Positions 27,417-42,340 of a DNA stretch of 64,000 nucleotides are shown in pieces. Each line of letters starts with the position of its first letter. Position 1 is the stretch's first letter. This DNA is from the human T2T-CHM13v2.0 reference genome, Homo sapiens. The stretch is taken from assembly GCF_009914755.1 (NCBI RefSeq), contig NC_060929.1; one strand, given 5' to 3'. The position numbers and the translations under genes were made by a program. The notes below the pieces were generated by a model that ran no database searches, was not told the DNA's origin, and saw nothing but the letters and a program-made list of their open reading frames with translations.

Positions 27417-29769
27417 AGAACCACGTTACCTTCTAAACAGACAATGGATTGGAGAATTTGTCTGTGTCAGGCAAATCCAGATGAAATTCTGTTTTATTGT
27501 GGTTTTTTGTCCCCGGCATCTCATTTATAGATACTAAAAAATTTAAATATTTTGCCAGTGAAGTTCATAAAACAAATATAAGAATAAAGAATTTTTCTCT
27601 TACTTAGAGATTAAGGCATACACATATACTGAAAAGTTATTTGCTTGAGAAATGTGACCTAATACCTGCTACAAATCCCCCAAACCTGTCCCTGTTCATA
27701 TAGATTATGCACCAGCAGTAGACGGAGATTAATGATGAAGAGTCTTATCAGGATCCTCTTTGTTTTCCTTGCTATATAAAATGTAGCTATGAAACCACTC
27801 CATACTGAAAGCCTGTGTTTGTTCGCCCATCTTCATTCCCTTTCTTTTTTCAGGTGCCAAACAGTTTTTATAAGTTAAAGAGATGGATTTTTATGAAACA
27901 GAAAATATCTTTTCTCTTTTTTCTGCTTGACTCTTAGGTATAAATTTTGTAAATACGAGAAAATAAATCATGAAGCACTGAATAATATACGTGTTGTTAT
28001 AAATTTAATTTTGATGTTTTCATGACTAGCTAAACAACATAATTCATTCACAGTGTAATCACACCTTTTATAACAATTCTTATATACATATATCAGGTTA
28101 ATTATAGTCTGTGTATCTGATAAGAATTTTATGACAGTCGAAAACAGTTTTCATTTCTCTTTATAAGTAGGTGATATCTTTTCTTTTTTTGGGCTCATTT
28201 TATCAGTTGTATTCAGCATGAACTGTTGAGAAAGGACTCTCTAAAATCCACAGTTCAAGTTTTTGAGGTTGCCAAGTTTCTAAATGCAATTCCGTGAGTG
28301 GTTCTTTTTCCAATAAAGTTAACCCTGAGTTTTACATCACTTCTCATCTTCCTCCAAGTACTTTCTAAAAGGAGCCAAGTTAAGAACCAGCTCCTTTTCC
28401 AACCATTGCTTCTAAAACAATTGGCCAGGAATGAGAAACAGTTTGCGTCTTCTCTTGTCAGCGTAGAATCCTTTAAGCCCTCATGACTCTGACACTCACA
28501 AAAATTGTCTCCTTTGGAGGCATTGTGACTTTCAAAAAATAAAGTGCTCAGAATTTATAGATACCTTTATGTATCAGAGGGGGACAGTGGGATGCATTCA
28601 AAGGATCCACTCCTCTCTCCCAAATATCATTTGAGATAGGAAATGGGATGAACACAAATCCATACTTTAAAACTCTAAGCTGTGCTTCTACTTGTTCTGT
28701 AACAGCATGAAAAATCACATCTTGAATCAAGAAAGAAAACAAAACATAAACTACGTGTCTTTCCAGCACTGCGACATCAAAGTTACTTGCTTGCCAGCTA
28801 CCCCATAATTATTGTTTGTATTGCTGCATGGATGGGAATCAGCACACTTTTATTTTGATAACACTAAACAATTATATGGTGAATGAAAGCAAATGATACT
28901 GGAGAAATTGGTGGGGTTAGAAAGAGCCACAAGAATTATAATAATTTTGACTTCTTAACGTGTGCCAGGCACTGTGCTACACAATTTTTATGTATTCTCT
29001 CTTTCAATCCTGATGAAAACTAAGTAGAGATATTATTCCTTTTTTTACAGAATAGTTAACTGAATCTTGAGTTAAGCATTTGCTTAATGTTCCTGAATTA
29101 AATATACACAGCAGCTCTGAAATATAAATCTAGTCATTTTTCTTAAGACTGAATTTTAAACATTCATTTCACTTAATTTGCACTCTTCTTTTTATAAACA
29201 AGAAAATAAAACAATGTTTTTCATATTCAAAAAAGGCGTCAAGTCTGTGAGGAAGTTTGGCACAGAGATCAAATAGATTAAAGATAGTTTAATGATCACA
29301 GCATAGACCAGTCCTTCGTGATGTGCCACAAGTCTCTGAGCCATTCAATAGTTTTTTTCAGTGATGTAGGTGTGTGTTTACATGGCTGTTTATTTTTAAG
29401 AAATGCATGGATGTGTGTGTATATAGACGATTAGGAGGAGATAACAAACACCAAGAATGACTGATGATAACATTTAAAACAGTAGACATTCTCTAGGAGA
29501 TTGTATTTTAATTAAAAAGAAGTCTTTAACTTGGATCAAGAAATAATTATACTAATAATTAGTCTGTTCAAAACACAACAAGAAATACTTTAAGTGTCCT
29601 CACATCGTGGTAGGTACTTCGCCTAAATTAAGTAACATAAGCTTTGTCGCTAATCATTATTCACTTTAAAACAAAACAGATGAAGCTCAAAAAAATTGAA
29701 TAGCTCATTGGGGTCACAGAGATAATAAGTAGAGAAGAAGGGATTTAAAGATAGATTCTGTTGCTGCCA

Positions 29770-29817
29770 CTGTGTGTGTGTGTCTGTGTGCGCGTGTGCG
29801 TGTATGTGTGTGTGTGT
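29770..29817. repeat. Imperfect (TG)n microsatellite
   Basis: Directly visible. Confidence 0.9.
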
Positions 29818-31166
29818 TTACCTTTGAAACACTGCATTCTACTTGATACCTGGTAAATAACATCATGTGAAAAAACAGGTTTTAGTTGAAAACTCAATTA
29901 GCAGGAGTTTACAAATCCACACAGCTAAAAAACCAAATGCATCTGTTCTTTGTATTAATTACAGTATGGTTTCAGAGCAAAGAGAGGGCTGGTCTGCCCT
30001 CCTATTCCCTGAAATATTCACAGTCACACCTGGAAACTTGGCTTATACCTGGGGCCTCAGACATGAAGAACATTGTTAAATGGCAGCAAGCAAAAGACTG
30101 AGGCCAAGTTGAGTGAGCCCCTCTCATGAGGAACAATGAAAGGATGCAAACTAAGTTTAAGTTGGATAATTTTTTAAAAAAAGAAAAAAGAAGTGTAGCA
30201 ATTGGATTAAAAACTATTTTTATATTTGCAAAGAATTCCTTTACGTAAAAATGTTAAATCTTTCAGTATGACTCTAAAAGGCAGAAATAAGGCTGCATGA
30301 TGGATGCTAGTACAAAGCAGTTTTAAACTCAGTGTACAGACAAATTAACATGTAACTCTAAAGTCTAATATGGGAAACTTAAGGAATAGGAGCTTTTTCT
30401 TTGGGACTAGAACTGCACAGCTTCTGATGTAATTATAACTGCTGTAACCTGTGACCTTCCCATTTGTTTCCGAATAATTCAAATTGCTTTCAAGGTTGGC
30501 AACATATTTTATTTTTCAAAATAGTTAATCCAGGATTTTTATTTGTTTGGAAAAGATGGGAAAGTTGGGAATGATGTCACATTGATCTTCCGTTTTGAAG
30601 GAATGTTCTAAAGCTTCTTCCCATTCTGAGAGCACTGTCATTCCAGGACTTTTGAAAGGTTAGGAAGCGACATGGCAATGATACTAATTCTAGAAATCTT
30701 CTCTTATGACTTCCTCACTATCTTTAACCAATAGACCATACTGTTATGGATTTATAAGTAAATTATGTCATCTTCTCCATGATCTGGCCTATTCTTACCT
30801 TATCCAGAAAGAATACCCCCATCAAATATATGACAGCTTGAAAGTTCTACCATTCCACGCCAGTCATCTAAAGAAAAGCTTCTATAATCTCTCAACACTC
30901 TGTTTCATGGCCTATAACCCTTATTCAGCAATTTATTTTGGGGACCAGCCTAAATCCCTCCCAGCTATGGTCTCATCTTATTGCCTCTGTTCTTTCACAT
31001 TATAGTTGAATAGAACTCTGTCTGAAATATAATTTTTCCCTATAGTCCAGGTCTCATGTTTGCCCATAAAATTGAATAGGGCAGATGACAAGGACTTTTT
31101 GCAGGTGGTGTAGAGAAATATATGCATATGTATATATGTCTGCATGTATTCATACCTATAAATACA

Positions 31167-31204
31167 TGTGTGTGTGTATGTGTGTGTGTGTGTGTGTGTG
31201 TGTA
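31167..31204. repeat. (TG)n microsatellite
   Basis: Directly visible. It explains the HTHTHT stretch in ORF 30978..31277. Confidence 0.95.
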
Positions 31205-31794
31205 TAGTATGGTGTACTAGGACAAAGGCCATACATAGATGAGTAAACCTGTTACCATGTATATATGTGGGACCCAATTGTTTGCATATGTGTGAGATGG
31301 GTTTTTTGTGTATGTGCTTTTTCTTTTAAAAATTAATTTCTACAGTAAAAAGTTAAATTCTAGTCAGTCTCTTTCTTCAAAGAGAAATTTAAGCATTTTC
31401 TACTCTAAAGTTCTGTCATTCCTATGCACTTGGTGACTTGCTAATTGTGACAATTATTTCCAATCATTTATTACTTTAAAGCTATTTAATTAAAGCCATA
31501 CAATACAACTTTGTGCTGTTTATTAATATTTTCTCCTCCTCAGTTCTCTGGGCGACAAGGGCTTAGATTGGGAGCCCTGGGGTTCATAGGTTGCCATATG
31601 ATTAATAATAGACTGCCTGGAATTTGTCATCTGGCAAATATATGATAATCCCCTACCTGTAAAAGATAAATGAAGCACTTCCAAGACTAAATATTTTATT
31701 CACTTTTTAAAAGAAAAATATAATGTATGTTCTGGATAAATTTGGATCTAAATGAGTTCAGTGGCTTTTTATTTTATGTTAGGTCAGTTAACTT

Positions 31795-33240
31795 ATTCAT
31801 TTTCATTCAAACAAATATTAATGAAAAGGCTTTGCTGATGTGTTAAGCCCTTTTCTAGGTGATGTGGTTGTGAACACAGCAGTGAACCAAACAAACAAAT
31901 ATGCCTCCTCTTATAAGGTTTGCCTGCTGGTGGGCAGAGACAGAAAAAGTGGAGAGACTAAGTAAGTGATGCTTCCTCTTGACCAGAACCACCACCATCC
32001 AATAATTTTCCAAAATGACAAACAATGGAAAAGAGGAGTGGCACCTGGTGTATATATATTTCCTTGGCCTTTTAGAAAACATGGAGTTGTTCCTTTGGCC
32101 ATGTACATGCGAATATACAAGAAGGGTGATATTATAGACATCAGGGGAATGGTAATGGGTACTGCTCAAAAAGGAATGCCCCACAAATGTTACCATGGCA
32201 AAACTGTGTCTGCAGCATTACCCAGCATGTCACGGGCATTGTTGTAAACAAGCAAGTTAAGGGCAAGGTTCCTGCCAAGAGAAGTAATGTGCATATTGAG
32301 CATGTTAGGCACTCTAGGAGCCAAGATAGCTTCCTGAAACCCATGAAGGAAAATGATCAGAAAAGGAAGCCAAAGAGAAAGGTAGCTGGGTTTAATGGAA
32401 AGACCAGCCTGCTCCACCCAGAGAAGCACACCTTGTGGGAAGCAATGGAAAGGAGCCAGAGATGCTGAAACCTATTCCCTATGAATTCATAGCATAATAG
32501 GTGTTTTTTTAAAAAAACACCATAAAAAAGTAGTAAATAAAGAAGTGAAATATGTAGTGTGATAGTGATAAGTGCCATGGAAAAAGAAGAAAGGATAGCA
32601 AATGCTTGAAATGATGGAAGGAAGGTTTAATTTTAAATATGATGACAAGGAGGCCACACAGAGAAGCCATTTGAGTAAATGCCTAAGGAACTGGAGTGAG
32701 CTCTGCCCCTACTTAGAAAAGTGTCCCTAGAAGATGGACAGCCCCCGACGACACCCTGGAGTGGAGATTATGTGAGATGTTCACAGAAAGAAGGCTAAGG
32801 TGGCCAGCCCATCTCTCCTCAAACCATGCAAGGGCTCACACAGAATAAACCAAACCATCTCACACAGAATAAAAGCTAAAGTATTTGCAATGGCCTAGAA
32901 TGACCTACAAGATGTGGCTTACATTCAGGATGGTGGGTTGAGAGCAGATTCCAATAGAAACCAGGTGAAAATAGGTTTGCTCTTAGAGAGCTATTGTAAT
33001 AATCAGGTCAGCTATTGTACATTGGACCATGATGGAAACAGTGGACATGGCAAGAAGTATTCAAATTGCGTGTATGTTTTGAAGGTAGCAGCAACGGAAT
33101 TTGGTGATGAAACTTATGGCACATGAGAAAAGGAGATGTCACATGTGACTTAGGTTTTTGACCTGAATCAGTGAACAAAGAGATTTGGCTCCTACAGTTC
33201 AAACAAAGGATGAAAGCATGATAAGGAAAATAAGAAAGAA
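31795..33240 (-). mobile_element. L2 remnant interrupted by the RPL21 retrocopy and a micro-inversion
   Basis: attcattttcattcaaacaaatatt start. L2 sequence resumes after 32540 (tatgttttgaaggtagcagcaacggaatttggtgatg). Confidence 0.75.
31972..32540 (+). pseudogene. RPL21P: Processed pseudogene of 60S ribosomal protein L21 (eL21)
   Basis: [25 protein letters not shown]...[13 protein letters not shown], then in another frame [40 protein letters not shown], and C-terminal cctattccctatgaattcatagcataa. Intronless and frameshifted, ATG 32015, TAA 32495-32497, pyrimidine-rich 5' UTR, A-rich tail. Confidence 0.96.
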
Positions 33241-33404
33241 GCACTTGCTGACTGGCAAAACCAAAGGCGAGTGATCCAGATGGTTACATTAGGCAAGTAT
33301 AGTACAGAGGTGTCTGTGAAACACCTATACAATGAATCTCTTCATGAAACCTCCTTATATGCCAAGCCAACATCAGTTGTCTTCTCAACACCTACTTGAA
33401 AAGC

Positions 33405-33610
33405 TTCCCGTGTGACATACAGAGATGTGGACTTTGGAGTCAGAAAAACCTACATATTATATTAGGTCTCTGCCATTCATTAAGGTAGTTTTTCTCTTCT
33501 CTAGAAAGAGATGGGATTGTCTTTGCTTTAAGATAATTCATTAATAACATATGTAAATAAACTAAGTTGGTTTCTAGCACACAGTAGATACTTAATAAAT
33601 GGCAGCTGCT
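33405..33610 (+). mobile_element. MIR SINE
   Basis: tggactttggagtcagaaaaacct ... tagcacacagtagatacttaataaatggcagct. Confidence 0.65.
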
Positions 33611-34963
33611 GTCATCGTTGTTGTTGTTATAACTACTATAAATCTTGTCCTTTGGCTGAGATTAAAGACTCTACCTATTGTTTATTTCTCAAGCTCTCTT
33701 AAAGAATATTAAAATAACACAGTCTGCTGGGTTTTTATAATTAATATGTAGCTGGTGATAAATTCATCAACTTATTTGTTTTTTTTAATGAATAGAAAAC
33801 TAGAAGGAAAAGGTAATCACAACATGATTTTTCTGGCCTTATGGGTGAAATCTTACCCAATTTAGAATAATCTTATAAAATATGGGAGCCTGGATATTAT
33901 GCATGAGTCATAAACACTGCATCCTCTTACAGAACTAATATAATTCAGTAGATGCTTCAGATGCCTTGGCAGATGCATCATACCAGCCTAATCTAGACAA
34001 ACTGTGCTATCATTAAGTAATTTTATGGAAGTAATTGCCTGTATTAAAAATCTGTCTTCCTCTCCTATTGAAGAGGTTGCCTTCTACTAGGCACAGAAAT
34101 GTTTTCCTTTCAGCCCAGGCACACCAGTTTCAGGGCTTAGAAAAATGGCCAAGAGATTTCTCCTGAAGCAAGCCTATAGCACATTAGTATTCGTATGTTA
34201 TTTTCTTGTGCCCTTATATGTGCCCCTGGTTCTAGGAAAAGGGAATGCAATTTATTAACTCTTTTCAATATTCATCTCTTTGACTTTTTAAAATATGTAT
34301 CCCCTATACTGGGCTAGGTGCGGGCTCTAAAGCAATGAATAAATAGTTTCCTGCCTTCAAGGAGGATACTAGAGCAGTGCTTTCTAAACTGAAGTCAAGA
34401 AAATATCATTTGGGGAGATAAAAATTAACGTGCTAAGGAAATAAATTGGATTGTTGAAGCATTAAAAATATGTCCTTGCTGCAAGATTACCCAGAAGGTT
34501 AATCGGCTACAGGGCATTCTGACTTTTCGAAAGATCTCTCAGTATAAAGCATTGTTTAAGCTAATCAAGAGAGTTTGTTCAATTAAGAGCTCTAGAATAT
34601 TATTTGGCATTGAGAAATGCTAGTTTGATGTAATGTTAGCATACATCCAGTAAATTACAACTTCAGTATCAAGAACATGATCATTTAGTTCATGAAAAAG
34701 TTGATGTAATAAAACTTTTCGAATTACAATGTTGATGCTCAAAGGTCGCTTGAAGGTCATTTAATCACCATGTCTTTCAATCTTTCCTTCTATTCACTAC
34801 ACACTACTTAGGAAACAATTCAAAGAGCTAAGTCTTCACACTTGGTCTCCTCTCCTACAGGTGGTCATTTGATCTGAAGCTATGCTGTAATGGGGATTAT
34901 GGAACTTCTTAGAGTGTACTGGCATCATATCTAATAATGGGTGCCATGGCATTTATATATGGC

Positions 34964-35083
34964 ATTATATATGATTAGGTATTGTGAGGTATGATCACAA
35001 TGCCCTGTATTATTAGGGCATTATATATTATATATGATTAGGTATAATGAGGTATGATCACAATGCCCTGTATTATTAGGGCA
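34964..35083. repeat. 57-bp near-tandem duplication
   Basis: 34964-35020 and 35027-35083 differ at 2 positions. Confidence 0.92.
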
Positions 35084-35538
35084 GGGACTATGCCTCTGTT
35101 TTCTTTGTATGCAATGTTAGATTAAAAGACCCGAGGAATTGAACATATTAAGGTACATCCCCCATGTTCACTCAAATAACATACATTTATTGTGTTCATT
35201 CTAAGAGCTGAGGCTCTGTTCTAGGCACTGAGAATATAGCAATGAATAAAGCAGATACTGCATCTACCATCACAGAGCTTACATGACAGTCGGAGACACA
35301 GACAATAAATAGGTGAAAAGATATGTATTATAATGGCAAAAAAAGATGATTTTATGTAAAAATAAAATAAGGCATAATAAGAAAATAGGGAATGATTAGC
35401 GTGGTTTGGTATGACCTCTCTGGAAGTAAGAATATTTCAGCTGGAAGTAACAATGAATACAGAGACCGAGAAACCAGGGAGAGTGCATGCTGTGTTCACA
35501 GAACAGCAAAGAGGCCAGTCTCAAAAAAAGGGATTGAG

Positions 35539-35911
<373 letters not shown>

Positions 35912-36002
35912 TTAGAGTTTTTTTTTAATTGTAAAATTCTAGGTAAGTTCATTGAAGTCTACTATTTTATTCTATTCTACCCCTACTTTGCTGAGGTCCT
36001 AA

Positions 36003-36497
36003 TGTTACCAAAATGCCACGGGTTTGGTCTGGGTCCTGCTATTTGCTGCACAGAAAGCCAATCACTGAGACAACAAGTATTTCCAGGGAAGAAGGCTTTA
36101 CTTCAGTGCTGCAGCTGAGGAGATGGGAGATCCATCTCAAATTCATCTCCCTGACCTACTAAAATTAGGGGTTTATATAGCAAGGAGAAATGTAACCATG
36201 TGTGAGAAAACAGGAATTAGGGAGGGGTAAGTAAGAGAAGTTGGTCAGTAGGAAGCATGTGGTCAGTTACACAATCACGATGGGCAAGGGGTCTGGCATC
36301 CCATTATCCAGATGATCGATCTGGTGAATTTCAGTTCCTTGATACTATTTGGGAAGCGTCATGGTTGGTTTCCTGAGAAAGGAACTCAGATAAGACAAAT
36401 GTGACTCCCTCAAGTTTTAAGACTGGGAAGATCAATTTCTATATTTATTCAAAGGAACCATAAACATCAGTTCTGTGGGACAATTGGGCTGGTTTTA
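36003..36497 (-). mobile_element. MER66 (ERV1) solo LTR
   Basis: Minus strand begins taaaaccagcccaattgtcccacagaactgatg and ends ggcattttggtaaca. 4-bp TSD ctaa on both sides. Confidence 0.85.
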
Positions 36498-39347
36498 CTA
36501 AATACAGAGTCAGGCTCTCCCCCAAGAATCTGGCAGAAGAAACTTCTCAATATAGTTTGCTTAAATTTTGGCTAACCTTTACCACCCCCTGCCCCCAGCC
36601 CACCCCCTACACACACTTCTTTTAATAAGGAAATGAAGACATTAGTGGTTAAATTATTTAGCTGAAGTTATGTAGCTAGCTATCACAAATCTAGAATCAA
36701 TTTCTAGATCTCCCAGTAAATATCAGTTTTTGTGGTTTGTTCAAGAACACTAGGCAATGAATTTAGCAAAGGTGTGTGCCTTTTTTATGTCACCTTATGG
36801 CACTTAGTATGGTGTCTTTGCATGCTATAAGGACCCAGGACATTTTTGGTGAATAAGATTGAGAGGACATAAATCTTAACTGGAATATAAACTTATATAC
36901 AGAGAGCTAGTCTAAATATCTGTGCTAACAACCGTCTTACTTACAATTAAGGGTCTAAGAAAGCATTGAGAAGTAATAGGGGAAAGGAAAAGCTGGAGGT
37001 GAATGCAAATGCTTGTGTGGCTTTCCTCCAGGGATCTAAATCAAATCCTCATTGTATAATTTGATTTGGTTACTCATTGTTTCTAATTAGAAATAATCAC
37101 ATTTACATGATTTCCCCCTCCTTTTTAGTTTCTCACCAAAATTGCTTTGCTCAATTATGCCACTTTATGGTTTCATATAATTTGTATCTCTTGACTCAAC
37201 AGTTCCCCACATAATTTGGAATGTGTTTTATTTTTTTAAGAAGTGAAAGTTTGAGAGCTATTCTCAAACTGATCATGAGACTTAAGTAGCTCCAGTAAGC
37301 ACAGAAGCATGCTAAAAGCAAACTGAGGAATACTTGAAAGTTCAAAACTAGGATGATGCTTATTACTAACTATATATGAAATTAATTAAAGATTTAATTA
37401 TTTGAGGAAAAATAAATTGGCAGTTTCTACTTTTTGAGTCATTAAAAACATGTCTATTGCTCTAGGGGTTTTGAGTGCATGTGCAAAAAGTAGACTATGC
37501 CAGCTTTGAAGTTGCAAGTTTTTTTTAATAGAAATTCAACTTAAATATATGCTGCAGTCTTAGCTTTTTATCCCAAATATGCCAACTTATTTTCTTCTCT
37601 AAAAACTGTTTATATAAATTTATATTTTCACCAAGATGTTTAAATACTATAAAATGATTTTCCTGTTTTTATAAAATCATGGTATTTAGAGTTGTAAAAG
37701 ACTTTCAGGCTTGTTTATAAATAATGACACTCAGATTGGCAAGTGTGTTATGACCCATAGTTATATAGCTAGCTAAACACAGAAATAACAGGGACACGAC
37801 AGTTCCATAAGATACTGTTTCTTCTGCTACATGATTTTGAAAACTCTAGGAGAAGGGGGACAGGAAAGGAATGATGACAGTGGACATGTTAAAAGCATTT
37901 CCTTTCTTCAATCCTCTGTATTTGTGTGTCTGTGTAATAAAATCTATGTAATTTATCAGACCACTTTTATTTCCTTCTGTCTGAGTTTTCTTTTCAATAG
38001 TCCATCTTTAACCAGTAAAACTTTAACAACATGTCATTGCAACAAGTAACCTATTGCACATCTATTGTATATCAATGTCTCTTTTAAGTGCTGGGGCAAC
38101 AGTGGTATATAATGTACAACATTTGTATTTTAATGAAAAAAGTATTACAGAAGTAATTCTATCAACAATAACATTTCATAGATAAGTGATGAAGACATTA
38201 AAACAAAGTAGTGTAATGGAGAGTGGGTTCAGTTCTTGGTGATTTATAAATTGGTGGTCAGTTTGGTATCTCTGGAGAAATAAATTTTTTGTGGGGACCT
38301 GGTTGAAAAGATCTGGCATCAACCACAGGAAGATTTTGAGAACCAGTCTTCCAAGAAGGAAGGGTAGCAAGTATCTAATGTGGCATTTGACAAGAATGGG
38401 CTTTCCATATTGAGGTCCATGAGGTTCCACATGGTGCCCTACTGCTGTAATAAAGACGGGAAGAGAGCTCCCAGGCAAAGGCAGAGCAGAAGAAGAGAGT
38501 GAGGTAATGTAGGGTCTCGTAGGCCATGAAAATGTCTCTGGACTTTACTGTGTGTAATTTTAAAAGCCATTGGTCATAATTTTGTTTATTTGGTTTTTTT
38601 ACTTAGAGCATAGAATTCAAAGTTAATGCCTACAGTCCGGGGTGATATCGGATCTAGAACCAAGAGATGATTCATTCTGCTGGGGGAAAGATGTATAGGT
38701 ATTTTTTCCTCATAAAAAGATACTAGAAGAATTCTTACTTAGCTGTCTATGCCTAAAACATAATTAATGACATTTACTTGTTTTCAAATTCACATTTTAA
38801 ATAATATTGAAAGTAAGACACAGGAAAACATTCTTGTGCTGTCTAACAAAATACTAAGAGTTTTCTGTCTGAAATTTTTGCAACATTTTTCTCCAAAATA
38901 TTTTTATGTAGAGAAAAAGCATCTATAGTCAATATAAACCCCTAAAAACAGAGATAGTTTGGATGAACAATTATCCAAAATGATGATCTGTATTACTTGG
39001 TTTCAGTAATCATCCTCAGAGCAGTTTGGGTTATTTCTAGATCCTTTAAAATAATTTGGTTTCTCCTGAACCATGGGTAAATAGGTTCCATGTATCAAAG
39101 GAAAAGATAAACAACAGAAGTGTAATGTTATCTTACTTTTTGTGTTTCCGAATTTTAAATTAATTTAAATAACCTACAAATGTAAAATATGATGCAACTA
39201 ATTTTAATTGGAATTTTACATCCCCAGGTATCAAGCATTGCTATTTCCATGGAACTCTTACACATCATCAATCCACTTAAGTGCCTAAGATAGTTTCTCG
39301 TGAATTAGAGATTAAGGATAAAAGCAATACTTACGTGATATCATGCA

Positions 39348-39722
39348 TGTATTTAGTCTTTTCTCACATTGCTATAAATAATTATCTGAGACTCGGTAAT
39401 TTATAAAGAAAAGAGGTTTAATTGACTCAGTTCTGCAAGCTGTAGAGGATGCATGGCTAGGGAGGTCTTAAGAAACTTACAATCATGGCGGAATACGAAG
39501 GGGAATCAGGCACATCTTACATGCCCAGAGAAGGAGGAAGAGAGAGAAGGAAAATGTGCTACACAGTTTTAAACAACCAGATCTCATGAGAACTCACTTA
39601 TCAGGAGAACAGCAAGGGGAAAGCCCCACCATGATCCAATCACCTCCCACCAGGCCCCTTCAACATTGGGGATTACAATTCAACATGAGATTTGGGTGGG
39701 GACATATATCTAAACCATATGA
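39348..39722 (-). mobile_element. MSTA-like MaLR solo LTR
   Basis: gtaatttataaagaaaagaggtttaattgactca, aaacaaccagatctcatgagaactcac. TSD atgca/attca. Confidence 0.9.
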
Positions 39723-39749
39723 ATTCATAAGAGAGCAAAGCAAATGGAT

Positions 39750-39930
39750 TGTGAAGTTTGAAATCAAAAGCCTGTATTTGAGTCTCAGCTCAAAACCCTT
39801 TGACCTTGAGCAAGTTCCTCATCCTCTTTGAGACTCTGTTTTCCCAATTGTTAAATGCAGATAACAATGCCCATCTCACATGATATGGGTACTATGAGGT
39901 TTAAATTATATAAATGAAGTACTTAGTAGA
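39750..39930 (+). mobile_element. MIR SINE
   Basis: tgaccttgagcaagttcctcatcctctttgagactctgttttccc core. Confidence 0.7.
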
Positions 39931-41544
39931 CTAGAATATAATGTTTGTATTATACACTCCTGCTGCATAAGGTTAAAATGTCACTGTATCATTTATTTTA
40001 GCATTTGGGATGGAAAACCATATCAAGACATGTGCATCTAGTTTTCCTTTAAACATTTTCTGTTGTCCAGTGATTTTCTTTATCTACTGCACACGAGCAC
40101 TCAGATATCTGTGGTTTGACAGTTGAGATGTTTAGAGGATTAGTACATTGAATGGCAGGTTGACTTACATTATAGTTCTCTTCCTGTGTAGCTTGCCTTC
40201 ATGTTCTTAAAATACAATATTTCACAGACAAGATTGATGATGACAATGAAGAAGAAAACTGTTTTCGTATTGTCAAGCTGAACAAACATAATTTCAAAAT
40301 GAAGTTGGGACTAGGATTCTAATTATTTTATCCTTTCAATGTAAAGAGAGATGTTTTCTTCCAGGATGCAAAAAAGCAAAAATACATTAATCTCCCTAAA
40401 GAGAAAAAAAAAGAAGCATTTTAACAGTATTATTCTATGTGAATTACTAAATCACATTTATCTACATCTGGAGGAGCCAAATCTGAATTGACTGATTACT
40501 TTTTAAACTAGAATTTGGTTCTGGGTTTAGAACCTTAACTCCAGGTGTTAAAAGCATCTTCTAATTCTTTGATTCACGAAAGTAGACTCTACAGAAAAAT
40601 TTAGTATTAGATGAGTGGTGGAATTCAAAACATTTAGCATTGTTCTTTATTTTATTTGTTCTCGTTTAATCCTTGGATAAAAATGACATTCATTTTAGTC
40701 AAAAGAAACAATTATGCAATGGTATCTAATGAAAAAATGAAAACATTTTCCCCCATTCTTGTTTCCCATCTATCCAATTTCCCTGGCCCATTGGGAGCCA
40801 CTCTAATTATTTTATATCCTTTCTGAGAATCTTTAGGCTACACAAACAATTATGAATACAGATTCTTCATTTTGTCTTCTTTTCTACTCAAAAGATAGGA
40901 AGCCACACACAATAACCTTTACTTTGCCTTTTTTTCTTCTTATATATACCGATAATATAAAGATTCCATTGATGGGTATTATTTGTTTTCAATCTCTTGT
41001 TATTAAAAATATTACTCAAATAGCCATGTACAGAGGCCATTTGACACATGTGTACATATATCTCCACTTAAAAATGTGTCTGGAATTTACATGTAATTTT
41101 AAAAGCTTTGACCTTAATTTTGTTTATCTTTTTTTTTATATAGACTATAGAATTCAAACTTAATACAATTCAGGGTCATGTCTGATTAAGAATATGTTCA
41201 TAATAGCATTGTTAGGTCAACTGTTACTTATATTTATAATATCAATAGCTGTTGTCAAATGCCTTATACAGAGATTGAATTGACTTATACGCCTACTTGC
41301 TGTATGTGAAAGTGCCTGTTTCCCCTACAGCCTTCTCAGCATAATTTGATATTGAACGTATATTTTTAGCTAGTATGAGAAGCAAAAACTATATAATTTT
41401 TATTTGTATTTTCATTTATATTATTATTTATATTTTTCATATTAAGGTTGATCATCTTTGCATATGTTTGAAACCTTTTTACTTTCCTGCAAATTGAGGG
41501 TTCACATTATGCATCCATTTCTGTATTGGGTTATTAACGCTTAG

Positions 41545-41921
<377 letters not shown>

Positions 41922-41944
41922 TTTATCTTTAAAATTAGAGTATA

Positions 41945-42340
41945 GGCCGGGTGTGATGACTCATGCCTGTAATCCTAGCACTTTGGGAGGCCGAGGTGGG
42001 CAGATAGGCTGAGCTCAGGAGTTTGAGACCAGCCTGGGCAACATGGTGAAACCCTGTCTCTACTAAGAGTACAAAAATTAGCTGAGTATGGTGGTGCGTG
42101 CCTGTAATCTCAGCTACTTGTGAGGCCTAAGAAGAAAAAATCCCCTGAATCCAGGAAACGGAGATTGCAGTGAGCCGAGATCCTGACACTGCACTCCAGC
42201 CTGAGCGACAGAGGGAGACTCTATCTCCCCCCGCCCAAAAAAAAAAATATATATATGTATATGTATATATATGTGTATATATGTGTATCTATGTATATAT
42301 ACGTATATGTATATATATAGAGAGAGAGAGAAAGAGAAAT
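41945..42340 (+). mobile_element. Alu (AluJb/Sx-like) whose tail has become a compound TA/TATG/GA microsatellite
   Basis: Dimer, with TSD aaaattag(a/t)gtata at 41931-41944 and 42341-42354. Confidence 0.95.
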
